Shown here piece after piece: positions 1-15,624 of a DNA stretch of 64,000 nucleotides (positions are counted from its first letter, which is position 1; each line of letters begins with the position of its first letter). A program made the position numbers and the translations under genes. A model generated the notes under the pieces. It saw only the letters and a list, made by a program, of their open reading frames with translations. It made no database searches and was not told the DNA's origin. Source of the DNA: the human T2T-CHM13v2.0 reference genome, Homo sapiens; the NCBI RefSeq assembly GCF_009914755.1, contig NC_060928.1; one strand, written 5' to 3'.

Positions 1-70
1 AAAAACAAAATTACTGTACTTTTTTGTTCTTTTTTTCTTCAATCTATACTTTCTCCTAATAAATTGGAGA

Positions 71-134
71 TATTTGAAGCACTTAGAAATTTGAAGCACT
101 TAGAATCTAAGTATTTGAAGCACTTAGAATCTAA
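71..134. repeat. Short tandem triplication of ATTTGAAGCACTTAGAA
   Basis: Exact 17-mer at 72-88, 89-105 and 113-129; copies 2 and 3 are followed by TCTAA. Confidence 0.9.
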
Positions 135-473
135 ATGATGTAATATAAATAAGATTAAATTAGAATATATTTAATTGTTTTTTAGAATCAAGCATTCTCT
201 TTAAAATTCTTTTCTATATTTATGCCATTTTAACTCATTGCATTGATTTTTAAAAAAATTACACAAATGAAAAAGAACCAGGAAAAGTTAGCTATGTGGT
301 AGTTATGGAAACATAATAAAGTGATTATTTGAGTGAAACTCAGGGAGCAACTTGACTTAAACAAAGATATCACACCACCAATTCTACCTTCTCATTTGTG
401 CATTATTAAATTAGATCATTCCTACAAGCATCAAATATACTATTGTTTTTCTAATCTTAAACAAATATGACTC

Positions 474-769
474 TTTTTTTTTTTTTTTTTTTGAGACAGA
501 GTGTCACTCTGTTGCCCAGACTAGAGTGTAGTGGTGTGACCTTGGCTCACTGCAATCTTTGCCTCCTGGGTTCAAGCAATTCTCCTGCCTTAGCCTCCTA
601 AGTAGCTGGGACTACAGGTGCGTGCCATCATGCCCAGCTAATTTTTGTATTTTTAGCAAAGACAAGGTTTTGCCATGTTGACCTGGTCTCGAACTCTTGA
701 CCTCAAGTGATCTGTCCACCTCGGCCTCTCAAACTGCTGGATTACAGGTGTGAGCCACCATGCCCAGCC
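474..769 (-). mobile_element. AluS (AluSx-like) SINE
   Basis: Poly-T then GAGACAGAG...CCCAGCTAATTTTTGTATTTTTAG...GAGCCACCATGCCCAGCC, an antisense dimeric Alu. Confidence 0.95.
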
Positions 770-779
770 AATACAACTT

Positions 780-1782
780 CTTTTGAGCCTACTTCTCCAG
801 CTACTGCCCTGTGTCTCTGCCCTCCTCTGCAGCAAAAATTACTTGAAAAAGTTGCTTATACTTTCTGTCTTCTTCTTATTCAAATCAGGCTTTTCCCCAC
901 CTGCCCCTGAACTTGCTCTCATCAGGGTAACCAGTGACCTCCATGTTGCTAAATCCAATGGCCGCTTCTCAGTTCTCCTCTAATTTGGCCTATGGGCAGC
1001 ATTTGGCAAACATTTTCTTCACTTGCTTCCAAGACACCACAGAGGCTGGTTGTCCTGTTACTTAGTTGATCCTTCATGGCTGATCTCTTTCTGTATCCTC
1101 TTCCTCTTCCTGAACATTAGCATGCTAGAATTCCATAGGCTCTGGCATGGTCCTCTACTCTCCTCTACCTCCATTCACTTCCCAAGTGATCTCATCCAGT
1201 TCCATGACTTTAAATATCATCTGTTCCCTAAGAAATTTTGCTCAACTGCTGATAACAAAGATCCAATTACAGCAGCTTTGACACAAAATAGTTCATTCTC
1301 TTCCATATTAGGAGTCAGAAGGAGGCCATCCACAGCTGATATGGCATATTCACAAGGTCATCAGAAACTCAGGCTGCTTCTGACTTTCTGTTCCATCATC
1401 TTAGCACGTGGCTTATATTCTCAAGTCTGGGACTACAGGCACGCACCACCACATCCAGCTGATTTTTGTATTTTTAGTTGAGATGGGGTTTCACCATGTT
1501 GGCCAGGATGGTCTCAATCTCTTGATCTCGTGATCCTCCCACCTCGGCATCCCAAAGTGTTGCGATTACAGGTGTGAGCCACTGCTCCCTGCCTAAATGT
1601 GAAGTTCTAAGGGGGAAGAGGAAAAAGAATATTTGGTAAGTACCTAGTAGTTTCTGCCATAACATCAATATATCAAAGAGTCCCATATTCATATTTCCAG
1701 CCCTGCACTCTTCTCCAAGCCTCAAGACCACTTACTGTGCTTGGATGCACACTTGGCAACTAAAACTTAACATGAGCAAAGC
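780..1782 (+). mobile_element. L2 LINE ORF2 (RT) fragments, interrupted at about 1230-1660 by an old MLT1-type LTR and a partial Alu
   Basis: Translates to L2 RT-like 'LLEKVAY..SGF..ELALIRVTSDLHVAKSNGRFSVLL'; L2-like sequence resumes near 1660 (TCCCATATTCATATTTCCAGCCC). Confidence 0.75.
1427..1593 (-). mobile_element. Partial Alu (AluSc-like); most of the right arm and poly(A) missing
   Basis: Starts abruptly at CTGGGACTACAGGC with no poly-T; GGATGGTCTCAATCTCTTGATCTCGTGATCC motif. Confidence 0.85.
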
Positions 1783-1799
1783 ATTGCCTTTGTAATGGA

Positions 1800-2175
1800 G
1801 ACTCAAAGATGAATGACTGTGAGTTGAGGGAAGAATGAGGAGTGAGAAAGTGAAGACAGTGAATACAGTATAGAGAACTCTTTCAGGAGTTTTGATAGAA
1901 AGAAGAGCAGAGGAACAGAAAAATGGGAAGTAGCTGGAGGAGAATGTAAAATCTCAGGAGAATTTTGTTTCATTTTATAAAAAGAATAATATTTCAACCT
2001 ATTAGTATAATAATGGGAGTGGTTTAGGAAAGAAGAAATGAATGACTCAGGGAAAGGGGAATAATTGTAGGAGTAAAGTCCTCAAGAAGACGGGGGAGAC
2101 AAAATACAAAGCACAAATGAGATCAGCATTTGATGTAAATGACAGAGAAAGCAGAGTATGGGGGCACAACTTATA
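1800..2175 (-). mobile_element. L2 fragment (antisense)
   Basis: GTATAGAGAACTCTTTCAGGAGTTTTG...GAAAAATGGGAAGTAGCTGGAGG is the reverse complement of L2 RT sequence like that at 790-870. Confidence 0.65.
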
Positions 2176-2495
2176 GGCAAGACGGCTCACTGAGTTTAAG
2201 CTTCGATAACGCACTTTGCTCCAAATACATGACAAAAATAGATCAAATGTAAAAAAAAGATAAGTCTAGGATAAAAAATAAGACAAACATCTCCTAAATG
2301 AAAATAGAACAAAAATGTCAAAGTGGCTAGACTGAAGTCACAAAGTTTATGGAAAATCCAGAAAGCATAAAGTACTGGTTAGGATTTCAGCTCCTGAGGG
2401 GCAGAGGACACTAAACTTGCTCCATGAGAAACTGAATCCAGTTTTACAGCTTGAAAACTCTTCTATTCTCAGGAGTGAGGCTGGAAAAAATTACA

Positions 2496-2670
2496 TTTAT
2501 TTATCTATTTTTTAGAGATGGGTTTCACTCTGTCACCCAGGCTGGAGTGTAAAGCTATTCACAGGTTCAATCATGGCTCACTGCAGCCTTGAACTTTTGG
2601 CCTCAAGTGATCCTCCTGCCTCAGCCTCCTGAATAGTGGGGACTACAGATGTGTGCCACCATGCCTGGCT
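2496..2670 (-). mobile_element. FAM (fossil Alu monomer)
   Basis: Single monomer keeping the 7SL-derived GCTATTCACAGG segment absent from dimeric Alu arms. Confidence 0.8.
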
Positions 2671-3235
2671 CTGAAAAAATATTAAAACTCTGCATGACTT
2701 GTATTTGGAGATGTGGCTTTTAGAAAGCTGTGGACCTAAGGAGAAGGGGGTGCATAGATACAATCTCACAATCAAAAATTGAGTCAAAATACCTAATTGC
2801 TCTATGACTAGACCTATGGAGTCCTCAATATCACCTTGTAGACAAAATTTCAAGCTGGAACAGTTGGATTTGGTTTCTGATTGAAGGTCTGCTGACAGAA
2901 TGAGTTCATGGTTAAGGCATGGGGGAAGGGCAGAAAAAAATGTTAAAAGCTTGCAAATGTTTCAATATGAGCCTGAAAAGCCAAATTCCAAAAAACATGG
3001 GTAGGTCTAATGCTCAGCAAGAAAGTCAACAAAATCAATAATTAGAATGTGAATTGCCTGTAGATAAAAATTAATTTTACCTCTGGAGCAGCTTGATAAT
3101 CTTTTTTAAAAAAATTATTATTATACTTTAAGTTCTGGGATACATGTGCAGAACGTGCAGGTTTGTTACATAGGTATACACATGCCATGGTAGTTTGCTG
3201 CACCCATCAACCCATCATCTACATTAGGTATTTCT

Positions 3236-3600
<365 letters not shown>

Positions 3601-4015
3601 TGATGTTCCCCTCCCTGTGTCCATGTGTTCTCATTGTTCAACTCCCACTTATGAGTGAGGACATGTGGTGTTTGGTTTTCTGTTCCTGTGTTAGTTTGCT
3701 GAGAATGAGGGTTTCCAGCTTCATCCACATCCCTGCAAAGGACGTGAACTCATCCTTTTTACGACTGCATAGTATTCCATGGTGTATATGTGCCACATTT
3801 TCTTTATCCAGTCTATCATTGATGGGCATTTGGGTTGGTTCCAAGTCTTCGCTATTGTGAACAGTGCTGCAATAAATATACGTGTGCATGTATCTTTATA
3901 GTAGAATGATTTATAATCCTTTGGGTATATACCCTGTAATTGGATTGCTGGGTCAAATGGTATTTCTGGTTCTAGATCCTTGAAAACTGGCCACACTGTC
4001 TTCCACAATGATTGA

Positions 4016-4478
<463 letters not shown>

Positions 4479-5521
4479 TATGATGAGCTTTTTTTCATGT
4501 TTGTTGGCCGCATAAATGTCTTCTTTTCAGAAGTGTCTGTTCATATCCTTCACCCAATTTTGGTGGGGTTGTTTTTTTCTTGTACATTTGTGTAAGTTTT
4601 TTGTAGATTCTGGATATTAGCCCTTTGTCAGATGGATAGATTGCAAAACTTTTCTCCCATTCTGTAGGTTGCCTATTCACTGTGATGATAGTTTCTTTTG
4701 TTGTGCAGAAGCTCTTTAGTTTAATTAGATCCCATTTGTCAATTTAGGCTTTATTTTTGCCATTGCTTTTGGTGTTTTAGTCATGAAGTCCTTGCCCATG
4801 CCTACATCCTGAATGGTATTGCCTAGGTTTTCTTCTAGGGTTTTTGTGGTTTCAGGTCTTACATTTAAGCCTTTAAACCATCTTCAGTTAATTTTTGTGT
4901 AAGGTATAAGGAAAGGGTCCAGTTTCAGTTTTCTGCATATGACTAGCCAGTTTTCCCAACACCATTTATTAAATAGGCTATCCTTTCCCCCTTGCTTATT
5001 TCTGTCAGGTTTGTCAACGATCAGATGATTGTAACTGTGTCTCTGCCAGGTTTTGGTATTAGGATGATGCTGGCCTCATAAAATGAGTTAGGGAGGAGTC
5101 CCTCTTTTTCTATTGTTTGGAATAGTTTCAGAAGGAATGGTACCAGCTCCTCTTTGTACCTCTGGTAGAATTTGGCTGTGAATTTGTCTAGTCCTGGGCC
5201 TTTTTTAGTTGGTAGGCTATTAATTACTGCCTCAATTTCAGAACTTCTTATTGGTCTATTCAGGGATTCAGCTTCTTTCTGGTTTAGTCTGGGGATGGTG
5301 TATGTGTCCAGGAATTTATCCATTTCTTCTAGATTTTCTAGTTTATTTGCATAGAGGTGTTTATAGTATTTTCTGATGGTAGGTCGTATCTCTGTAGGAT
5401 CAGTGGTGATCTCCCCTTTTTCATTTGTTATTGTGTCTATTTGATTCTTCTCTCATTTCTTCGTTAGTCTTGCTAGCAGTCTATTTTGTTAATCTTTTTG
5501 AAACACCAGCTCCTGGATTCA

Positions 5522-5674
<153 letters not shown>

Positions 5675-5909
5675 CTACTTTCTCCTGTGGGCATTTAGTG
5701 CTATAAACTTCCCTTTAAACACTGCTTTAAATGTGTCCCAAAGATTCTGGTACATTGTTTTTTTGTTCTCATTGGTTTCAAATAACTTATTTGTTTCAAA
5801 TAACTCATTGGTTTCAAATAATTTATTTATTTCTGCCTTAATTTTGTTATTTACCCAGTAGTCATTCAGGAGCAGGTTGTTCAGTTTCCAGGTAGTTGTG
5901 AGGTTTTGA

Positions 5910-6212
<303 letters not shown>

Positions 6213-7002
6213 ACTTGAGTGAGATTCTTAATCCTGAGTTCTAATTTGATTGCACTGTGGTCTGAGAGACTGTTATGAATTCTGTTCTTTTGCATTTGCT
6301 GAGGAGTGTTTTACTTCCAATTATATGGTCAATTTTAGAATAAGTGAGATGTGGTGCTGAGAAGAATGTATAGTCTGTTGATTTGGGGTGGAGGGTTCTG
6401 TAGATGGTCTATTAGGTCTGCTTGGTCCAGAGCTGAGTTCAAGTCCTGAATATCCTTGTTAATTTTCTGTCTCTTTTATCTAATATTGACAGAGGGGTGT
6501 TAAAGTCCCCCACTATTATTGTGTGGGAGTCTAAGTCTCTTTGTAGGTCTCTAAGGACTTGCTTTATTAATCTGGGTGCTCCTGTATTGGGTGCATATAT
6601 ATTTAGGATAGTTAGCTCTTCTTGTTGCATTGATCCCTTTACTATTATGTCATGCCCTTCTTTGTCTTTTCTGATCTTTGTTGGCTTAAAGTCTGTTTTA
6701 TCAGAGACTAGGATTGCAACTCCTGATTTTTTTTGCTTTCTATTTGCTTGGTAGATCTTCCTCCATCCCCTTATTTTGAGCCTATGTGTGCCTTTGCATG
6801 GGAGATGGGTCTCCTGATGACAGCACACTGATGGGTCTTGACTCTTGATCCAATTTGCCAGTGTGTGTCTTTTAATTGGGGCATTTAGCCCATTTACATT
6901 TAAGGTTAATATTGTTATGTGCCAATTTGATCCTGTCATTATGATGCTAGCTGGTTATTTTGCCTGTTTGTTGATGCAGTTTCTTCATAGTGTTGGTGGT
7001 CT

Positions 7003-8021
7003 TTAGAATTTGGTAAGTTTTTGCAGTGGCTGGTACTGGTTTTTCTGTTCCATATTTAGTGCTTCCTTCAGGAGTTCTTGTAAGGTAGGCCTGGTGGTGA
7101 CAAAATCTCTCAGCATTTGCTTGTCTGTAAAGGATTTTATTTCTCCTTCACTTATGTAGCTTAGTTTGGCTGGATATGAAATTCTGGATTGAAAATTCTT
7201 TTCTTTAAGAATGTTGAATATTGGCCCCCACTCTCCTGTGGCTTGTAGGGTTTCTGTGGGTAAATCCACTGTTACTCTGATGGGCTTCCCTTTGTGAGTA
7301 ACCTGACTTTTCTCTCTGGCTGCCCTTAACATTTTTTCCCTCATTTCAAGCTTGGTGAATCTGACAATTATGTGTCATGGGAGTTCTTCTCAAGGGGTAT
7401 CTTTGTGGTGTTCTCTGTATTTCCTGAATTTGAATGTTGGCCTGTCTTGCTAGATTGGGGACATTCACCTGGATAATATCCTGAAGAGTGTTTTCCAACT
7501 TGGTTCCATTCTCCCCATCACTTTCAGGTACACCAATCAAATGTAGGCTTGGTCTTTTCATATAGTACCATATTTCTTGAAGGCTTTGTTAATTCCTTTT
7601 CATTCTTTTTTCTCTAATCTTGTCTTCACACTTTATTTCATTAATTTGATCTTCAGTCTCTGATATCCTTTCTTCCACTTGATTTATTCGGCTATTGATA
7701 CTTGTGTATGCTTCACAAAGTTCTCATGCTGTGTTTTTCAGCTCCATCAGGTCATTTATGTTCTTCTCTAAACTGGTTATTCTAGCTAGCAATTCCTCTA
7801 AATTTTTTTCAAGGTTCTTAGCTTCCTTTATTGGGTTAGAACATGTTCCTTTAGCTCGGAGGAGTTTGTTATTACCCACCTTCTGAAGCCTACTTGTGTC
7901 AGTTGGCACTCATTCTCTGTCCAGTTTTGTTCCCTCGCTGGTGAGGAGTTGTGATCCTTTGGAGGAGAAGAGGCATTCTGGTTTTTGGAATTTTCAGCCT
8001 TTTTGGCTGGTTTATCCTCAT
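7003..8021 (-). pseudogene. Disrupted L1 ORF1p
   Basis: Fragments LEKNINDLMELKNTA, IGVPESDGENGTKLENTLQDIIQ and KMLRAAREK...RISYPAKLS...LQELLKEAL; ATG position at 8021. Confidence 0.92.
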
Positions 8022-9364
8022 CTTCGTGTATTTATCTACTTTTGGTCTTTGATGTTGGTGACCTTCAGATGGGGTTTCTGTGTGGATGTCCTTTTAATTT
8101 ATGTTGATGCTATTCATTTCTATTTGTTAGTTTTCCTTCTAACAGTCAGGACCCTCTGCTGCAGGTCTGCTGGAGATTGCTGGAGGTCCACTACAGACCC
8201 TGTTTGCCTGGGTATCACCAGCGGAGGCTGCAGAACAGCAAAGATTGCTGCCTGTTCCTTCCTCTATAAGCTTCATCCCACAGGGGCACCCACCAGATGC
8301 CAGCTGGAGCTCTCCTGTATGTGGTATCTGTCGACCCCTGTTGGGAGGTGTCTCCCAGTCAGGAGGCACAGGGGTCAGGGTCCCACTTGAGGAAGCAGTC
8401 TGTCCCTTAGCAGAGCTCGAGCACTGTGCTGGGAGATCCACTGCTTTCTTCAGAGCTGGCAGGCAGGAAAGTTTAAGTCTGCTGTAGCTGTGCCCACAGT
8501 CGCCCCTTCCCCCAGGTGCTCTGTTCTAGGGAGATGGGAGTTTTATCTATAAGCCCCTGACTGGGGCTGCAGCGTTTCTTTCAGAGATACCCTGCCTGGA
8601 GAGGAGGAATCTAGAGAGGCAGTCGGGCTACAGGGGCTTTGCCAAGCTGTGGTGGGCTCTGCCCAGTTTGAACTTCCCAGTGGCTTTGTTTATACTGTGA
8701 GGGGAAAACCGCCTACTCAAGCCTCAGTAATGGCAGATGCCCCTCCCCACACCAGGTCCACTTCAGACTACTGTGCTGGCAGCAAGAATTTCAAGCCAGT
8801 GGATCTTAGCTTGCTGCACTCCGTGGGGGTGGGATCCATTGAGCCAGACCATTTGGCTCCCTGGCTTCAGCCCCCTTTCCAGGGGAGTGAACAGTCCTGT
8901 CTCGCTGGTGTTCCAGGCGCCACTTGGGTTTAAAAAAAACAAACAACAACAAAAAAACTCCTGCAGCTAGCTTGGTGAATGCCCAAATGCCTGCCTGGTT
9001 TGTGCTTGAAACCCAGGGCCCTGGTGGCGTAGGCAACAGAGGAAATCTCCTGGTCTGTGGGTTGCGAAGACCCTGGGAAAAGCATGGTATCTTGGCTGGA
9101 GTGCACCGTTCCCCTTGGCACAGCCCCTCACAGCTTCCCTTGGCTAGGCGAGGGAGTTCCCCGACCCCTTGCACTTCCTGGGTGAGGCAATGCCCAACCC
9201 TGCTTTGGCTGACCCTCCGTGGGCTGCGCCCACTGTCTAACAAGTCCCAGTGAGATAAGCTGGGTACCTCAGTTGGTAATGCAGAAATCACCCACCTTCT
9301 GTATTGATCTCACTGGGAGCTGCAGACTGGAGCTCTTCCTATTCGGCCATCTTGGAAGAACCTC

Positions 9365-9651
9365 TTCTCTTTTTTGAGACAGAGTCTCATTCTGTTGCCC
9401 AGGCTGGAGTGCAGTGGTGACATCACTGCAACCTCTGCCTCCTGGGTTCAAGTGATTCTCCTGCCTCAGCCTCCCTAGTAGCTGGGATTGCAGGTGTGTG
9501 CCACCACACCAGGCTAATTTTTGTATTTTTTAGTAAAGACAGGGTTTTGCCATGTTGGCCAGGCTTGTCTCTAACTCCTGACCTCAGGCTATCCACCTGC
9601 CTCAGCCTCCCAAATTGCTGGGATTACAGGTGTGAGCCACCACACCTGGCC
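9365..9651 (-). mobile_element. AluSx-like abutting the L1 5' end
   Basis: Dimeric Alu with a short T tract and a small internal deletion near 9420. Confidence 0.92.
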
Positions 9652-9887
9652 ATTTGAAAAGCTTTTAATGTAAATATGAATGAGTGGTTCAAAGACATAA
9701 AAGCCTAAGTTCCACTAAAAGGAACAAGGAATTATGAAATAAAAAGAAGCAAAAATAAAATACAAAAGAAATTATTAGAAATTTGTAAGCTGGAGTGCGA
9801 ATGTATTTGAAGATTTGAATTTTGATATAGTTGAAGAAAAAATTAGTGATTTCCAAGATCTTAAAAAGGAATACCCCAGAATACAGG

Positions 9888-10130
9888 AGAGCAAAGAGAG
9901 AGTATGTATGGGTATGGAAACAGGCAAATTGGTGCATTTTGTGATGGAAGATTAGGCAGATACCTTTGTATTGCTTCTATTTTTTTCAGTAAAATTAGAG
10001 ATATAAGCATCAGCTGAAGTGAAAAGGTGTTGCAGGTTTGAGGAGAAATGATAAGGTATCCTTTGAGAGAATGGGATAGCAAATTGATTACAGAAATGTG
10101 GAAGGATTATCAGGAAGTGCTGGTGGCCCA
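9888..10130 (-). mobile_element. L2 fragment
   Basis: ATTGCTTCTATTTTTTTCAGTAAAATTAGAG...CATCAGCTGAAG resembles antisense L2. Confidence 0.55.
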
Positions 10131-10623
10131 CTTTAGTCTAACTAGGATTTAGACCCCCTAAAAGGTATTTGTTTCTAATGAGACAAGTCCTGGGCAAGGA
10201 GCAAGAAGAAAACTGAGTGAAAGGAAAATAAATACCAGGAACACTTTCAATTCATTGTGATTACTTACTTTGATAAATAAAAAATTGGATTCTGTCTGTA
10301 AAAAGCCAGATTTTCAAATGAAAGTATAGAGAAAAGAGGATATAAATGATCTGTGATGCAAGAACAAAGAGAGAAAAAAAGAAGAGGAAAACAGTAGAGA
10401 TATATCACAGTACCATGTATTAGAAGCAGGTGCAGTGAGTAACAGATACTTGGAAAGCAGAGACTATAGTTTAGGAGACAAAGAAATTTAGTTCCTGGAG
10501 GGGGCATCAAATAGCTATCCACCTCTATTGACCCTCAAAAGTTTCTTTGTAATATATTTTAAGAAATTTTTATCAAAGTAAATTAAAAGTTTATAATTTA
10601 TAATTTAGTCTTCTAAGAGTTCA

Positions 10624-11327
<704 letters not shown>

Positions 11328-11529
11328 TCAATGATGACAGTTATTAATAGTGGGAAAGTTTCTTTTTCCTTTCCTCATTTAGAAAATAATAACATATGCC
11401 ACGAGAACTTGGTAATACTCTGACTACTTGAAAAATAGGCATCTATATATGTCCATTCAGTCAGTCAACATGTATTTTATTGCTTGTGTACCCGCACACA
11501 CCATGGTTTATCTACAAGAGAATGTCATG

Positions 11530-12080
<551 letters not shown>

Positions 12081-12600
12081 ACTAATTAAAATTCCAAGGA
12101 GTATATTATACTGTCCTAGACAATGATGCCAAAGTTAAATATTTTAGAGTGGCTATAATGCATGCATTTTATGTCTCCAATGCACCTAGCAGCATTTTGC
12201 CAAACAAAACTACTTTAAGTTTGATAAATACTTTGCAATTCTCAAAATGGTGGCATAGCATTATCTAAATTGGTCCTCACTGCACCTGGAGAAGGGCAAC
12301 TGTTATCTCAGTGTAATAGAGGTAGGAAAAGAGGCTTGGAGAAAAGTTGAGTTGAACATGGCTGGTAAACTGAAGAACCCAAAGTAGAATATAAGTTTTT
12401 ATTACTCATGGTTGTTAATAAGAATCATGGAGATTGAAAACAGTCATTCGTGGAATTGTTGGTTAGCTTAATAATTGCCCTAATCATGTCTTTGTTTTGA
12501 AATGGAAATTGTCTTATTTTACTTGCCTTGTAGTAATATACCTAAGCATATCCACAAACCACAAAGAAACTTTGTCAGTTCATGTGCTGTATGAAGCATA

Positions 12601-12910
12601 CTTTTTCTTTTTTCTTTTTCTTTTATTATACTTTAAGTTTTAGGGTACATGTGCACAACATGCAGGTTTGTTACATATGTATACATGTGCCATGTTGGTG
12701 TGCTGCACCCATTAACTCGTCATTTAACATTAGGTATATCTCCTAATGCTATCCCTCCCCCCTCCCCTGACCCCACAACAGGCCCCGGTGTGTGATGTTC
12801 CCCTTCCTGTGTCCATGTGTTCTCATTGTTCAGTTCCCACCTATCAGTGAGAACATGTGGTGTTTGGTTTTTTGTCCTTGAGATAGTTTGCTGAGAATGA
12901 TGGTTTCCAG
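12601..12910 (-). mobile_element. 5'-truncated L1PA4-like 3' end
   Basis: TTATACTTTAAGTTTTAGGGTACATGTGCAC...; TSD TGAAGCATA at 12592-12600 and 12911-12919. Confidence 0.93.
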
Positions 12911-13572
12911 TGAAGCATAATTTTTCTTATTCATTTACACTGCAAGCTATTTCATATTTTAATAGAACACTTAACGCCTTTTATTGGATAGCTTAAAATT
13001 CATATTTTCAGCAGTTCCCTTCCAGTTACACATGGTTTGCAAAGGAAAATCTAACTATTGCTCTTGCTTCATATATTTTTTGTCGTTATCTACCTCTTTC
13101 CCTTTTCCTTTTCTGTTTCACACTGAAGATCAGTGAAATCTGTGGCATTTGTTATTTTTGCCGTATGGTGCCATATGAAAATAAATTAATATGTTTTTGT
13201 TCCAATCGTTTTATTATTTATTGAAGGTGGGAAGTTACTGGCACTTTCTATGATGCTATATTAAGCACTTGCTTGGAGTTTGCTATTGCTATGATTTGAC
13301 CTTTATGTGTCTTTCTCTCTTCACTTTTGTCTAAAGAGGAAGGTCTTTTCCTGTTTGGGAAGATAGACTGGGGCCTTTGACATACTGGTGGAGAAATGTG
13401 CAAGGCTGCCGACCCATGGGAGCCTAGAAAAAAGGGTAGATGGTTTCACATATATAAGGACACGAGGCAGCTCTCCTGGAACAGGCAAGAGAGACAGGAA
13501 GAATATTGTGGGCACAGCAGCTTCCATGCGATGTGAGACTGAAGGGAACCTTGTGATGTAGAAGATCTATGA

Positions 13573-14018
<446 letters not shown>

Positions 14019-14607
14019 TAATTCAGCTATATTTAATTAAATACACATTTGTGTATGGCCTTGTGCAGAATGCTTATATAAGAAAAAAAATTGTGTTTTT
14101 GATGATAATGCAAAAAAGTTGAGAAAACCTGCCCACTAAGGGATTTCTTTTGAAAAACTGCCTTAAAAGAGAGCGAAATAATTTTTTTCTTTTGCATTTA
14201 TCTAGACAAGCACTAAAACTTTGTCAGTAGTCTTTAAAATTAGATGCAAGGTTTCTTCCTAAATGGATGAGCTTCTCTGGAAAAATAACAAATATGAATG
14301 TTGGGATATGTTACAAATTATGGGCTTTAGTTTATAAATTTATTCAGAAAGTCTCTTAATTTTTCTGGAAATAAAATAGCAGCATTGTTCCAGCAATTTT
14401 CCTGAACTATGTGGTTGGTTTTACTGCCCTCTTTGCTAGAAAAATTTGGCTCATAGATTTCCCAAGTTAGCAGAATCAGTGAAATTTAGTATAAAGCTGT
14501 CATTTTTTCCAGTTAACCAAGTGGGTGATTCTCTGCTGATTGGTTCCACCACAAATTTGTGATTTCAAGCGTCGGCTGGATCTTCAGTGCTGTTAGGCAA
14601 TCATTTC

Positions 14608-15590
14608 TGTGACAGAGACTGAGGCTGAGCTATCTGAAACAATTTATAATCATCTTCTCTCTTACCTTTATCTGCAATTCAGATGAGAAAACTAAAATTC
14701 CCTACTTCCCAGCCTCCTTTGCAGTGAAGAGATATAAAATACTTCTGGCCAATGAAGCAAAGTGCTTCCTTTGGCAAATAGAAAGGTAATAGCTCCCTAT
14801 GAAAACACTTTTTCCCTTTAAATTGTTTGGTCCTTTTTCTTTTTCTTTTTCCTACCTTGAACTTGGATGGAATACCTGGAAGTGCTGCAGCCATCTTTCC
14901 ACATGAAGTAACAATCCTAAGAAACCTGGGCTTCTAAGGGCATTATTAAACCACCTTTATTTCCTTTCCATTGTCCCTTCATTGGGTAAATAAATAAACC
15001 CCTGTCCATTTAATCCATGTTAGGCTCTCGTTATTTGATTACACTTTGGATTGAAACACTTTTTAGCACCAGTTGGCTCCCTTTCTTTACAGTGGCAGTT
15101 TGCAATTCTACCTGAGTGTGCATCTTTTGGTGGTCTCTTTAACTGGTTCACAAAGTTCCTACTTTTGTTCCCAAATCTGTATGGTTTATGGAAAGCCAAC
15201 TCATTCCCATATTCAGGGACGAAGCAGACTTACCAGGGACAAAGCCAGTTGGTGCACTCCATAGTGTAGCCATACTGTTCACAACTGGGTGTTTAAACCA
15301 AGATAGCCCAATCAGAGTGAGTCTCAAAACTTTTGCTGGGAATTCTGAAATATTGTCCCTCTCTTTCTCCAGTCAGTGTGGTGTTCCAGTGCAATGTCAG
15401 GAGCTGCTGCATCCATTTTGCTACTATGCAGTAAAGTAGGCTAAGTAGACAGTTGGCACACTGAGGAAAGCAGGTCCCACAGCATTGTAGAGAGACAGCC
15501 TCCTGACCTGACTGCACTTGAAACCTGTCCGTTAACTCCTTTTTATTGTTTAATTACTTCAACTAAGCTGAAGTTTTACTGATACACTGT
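14608..15590 (+). mobile_element. Old ERVL/MaLR LTR fragments (MLT1J/K or LTR16-like, probably two elements)
   Basis: CTTCCCAGCCTCCTTTGCAG...TTCTGGCCAATGA; GCTGCAGCCATCTT; AATAAACCCC; second copy CCAATCAGAGTGAGTCTC...GGAGCTGCTGCATCCATTTTG. Confidence 0.55.
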
Positions 15591-15624
15591 TCTAGTGTGG
15601 CCTCTCTCAGTGGAAAACCTCATG

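Noticed and set aside
71-134. Direct repeats superficially like a CRISPR array
   Set aside because: Mammalian DNA, spacers of 0 and 7 nt, no cas genes; simple tandem duplication.
780-1945. Inverted pair of L2 RT fragments
   Set aside because: Too diverged to pair stably; most likely independent ancient insertions.
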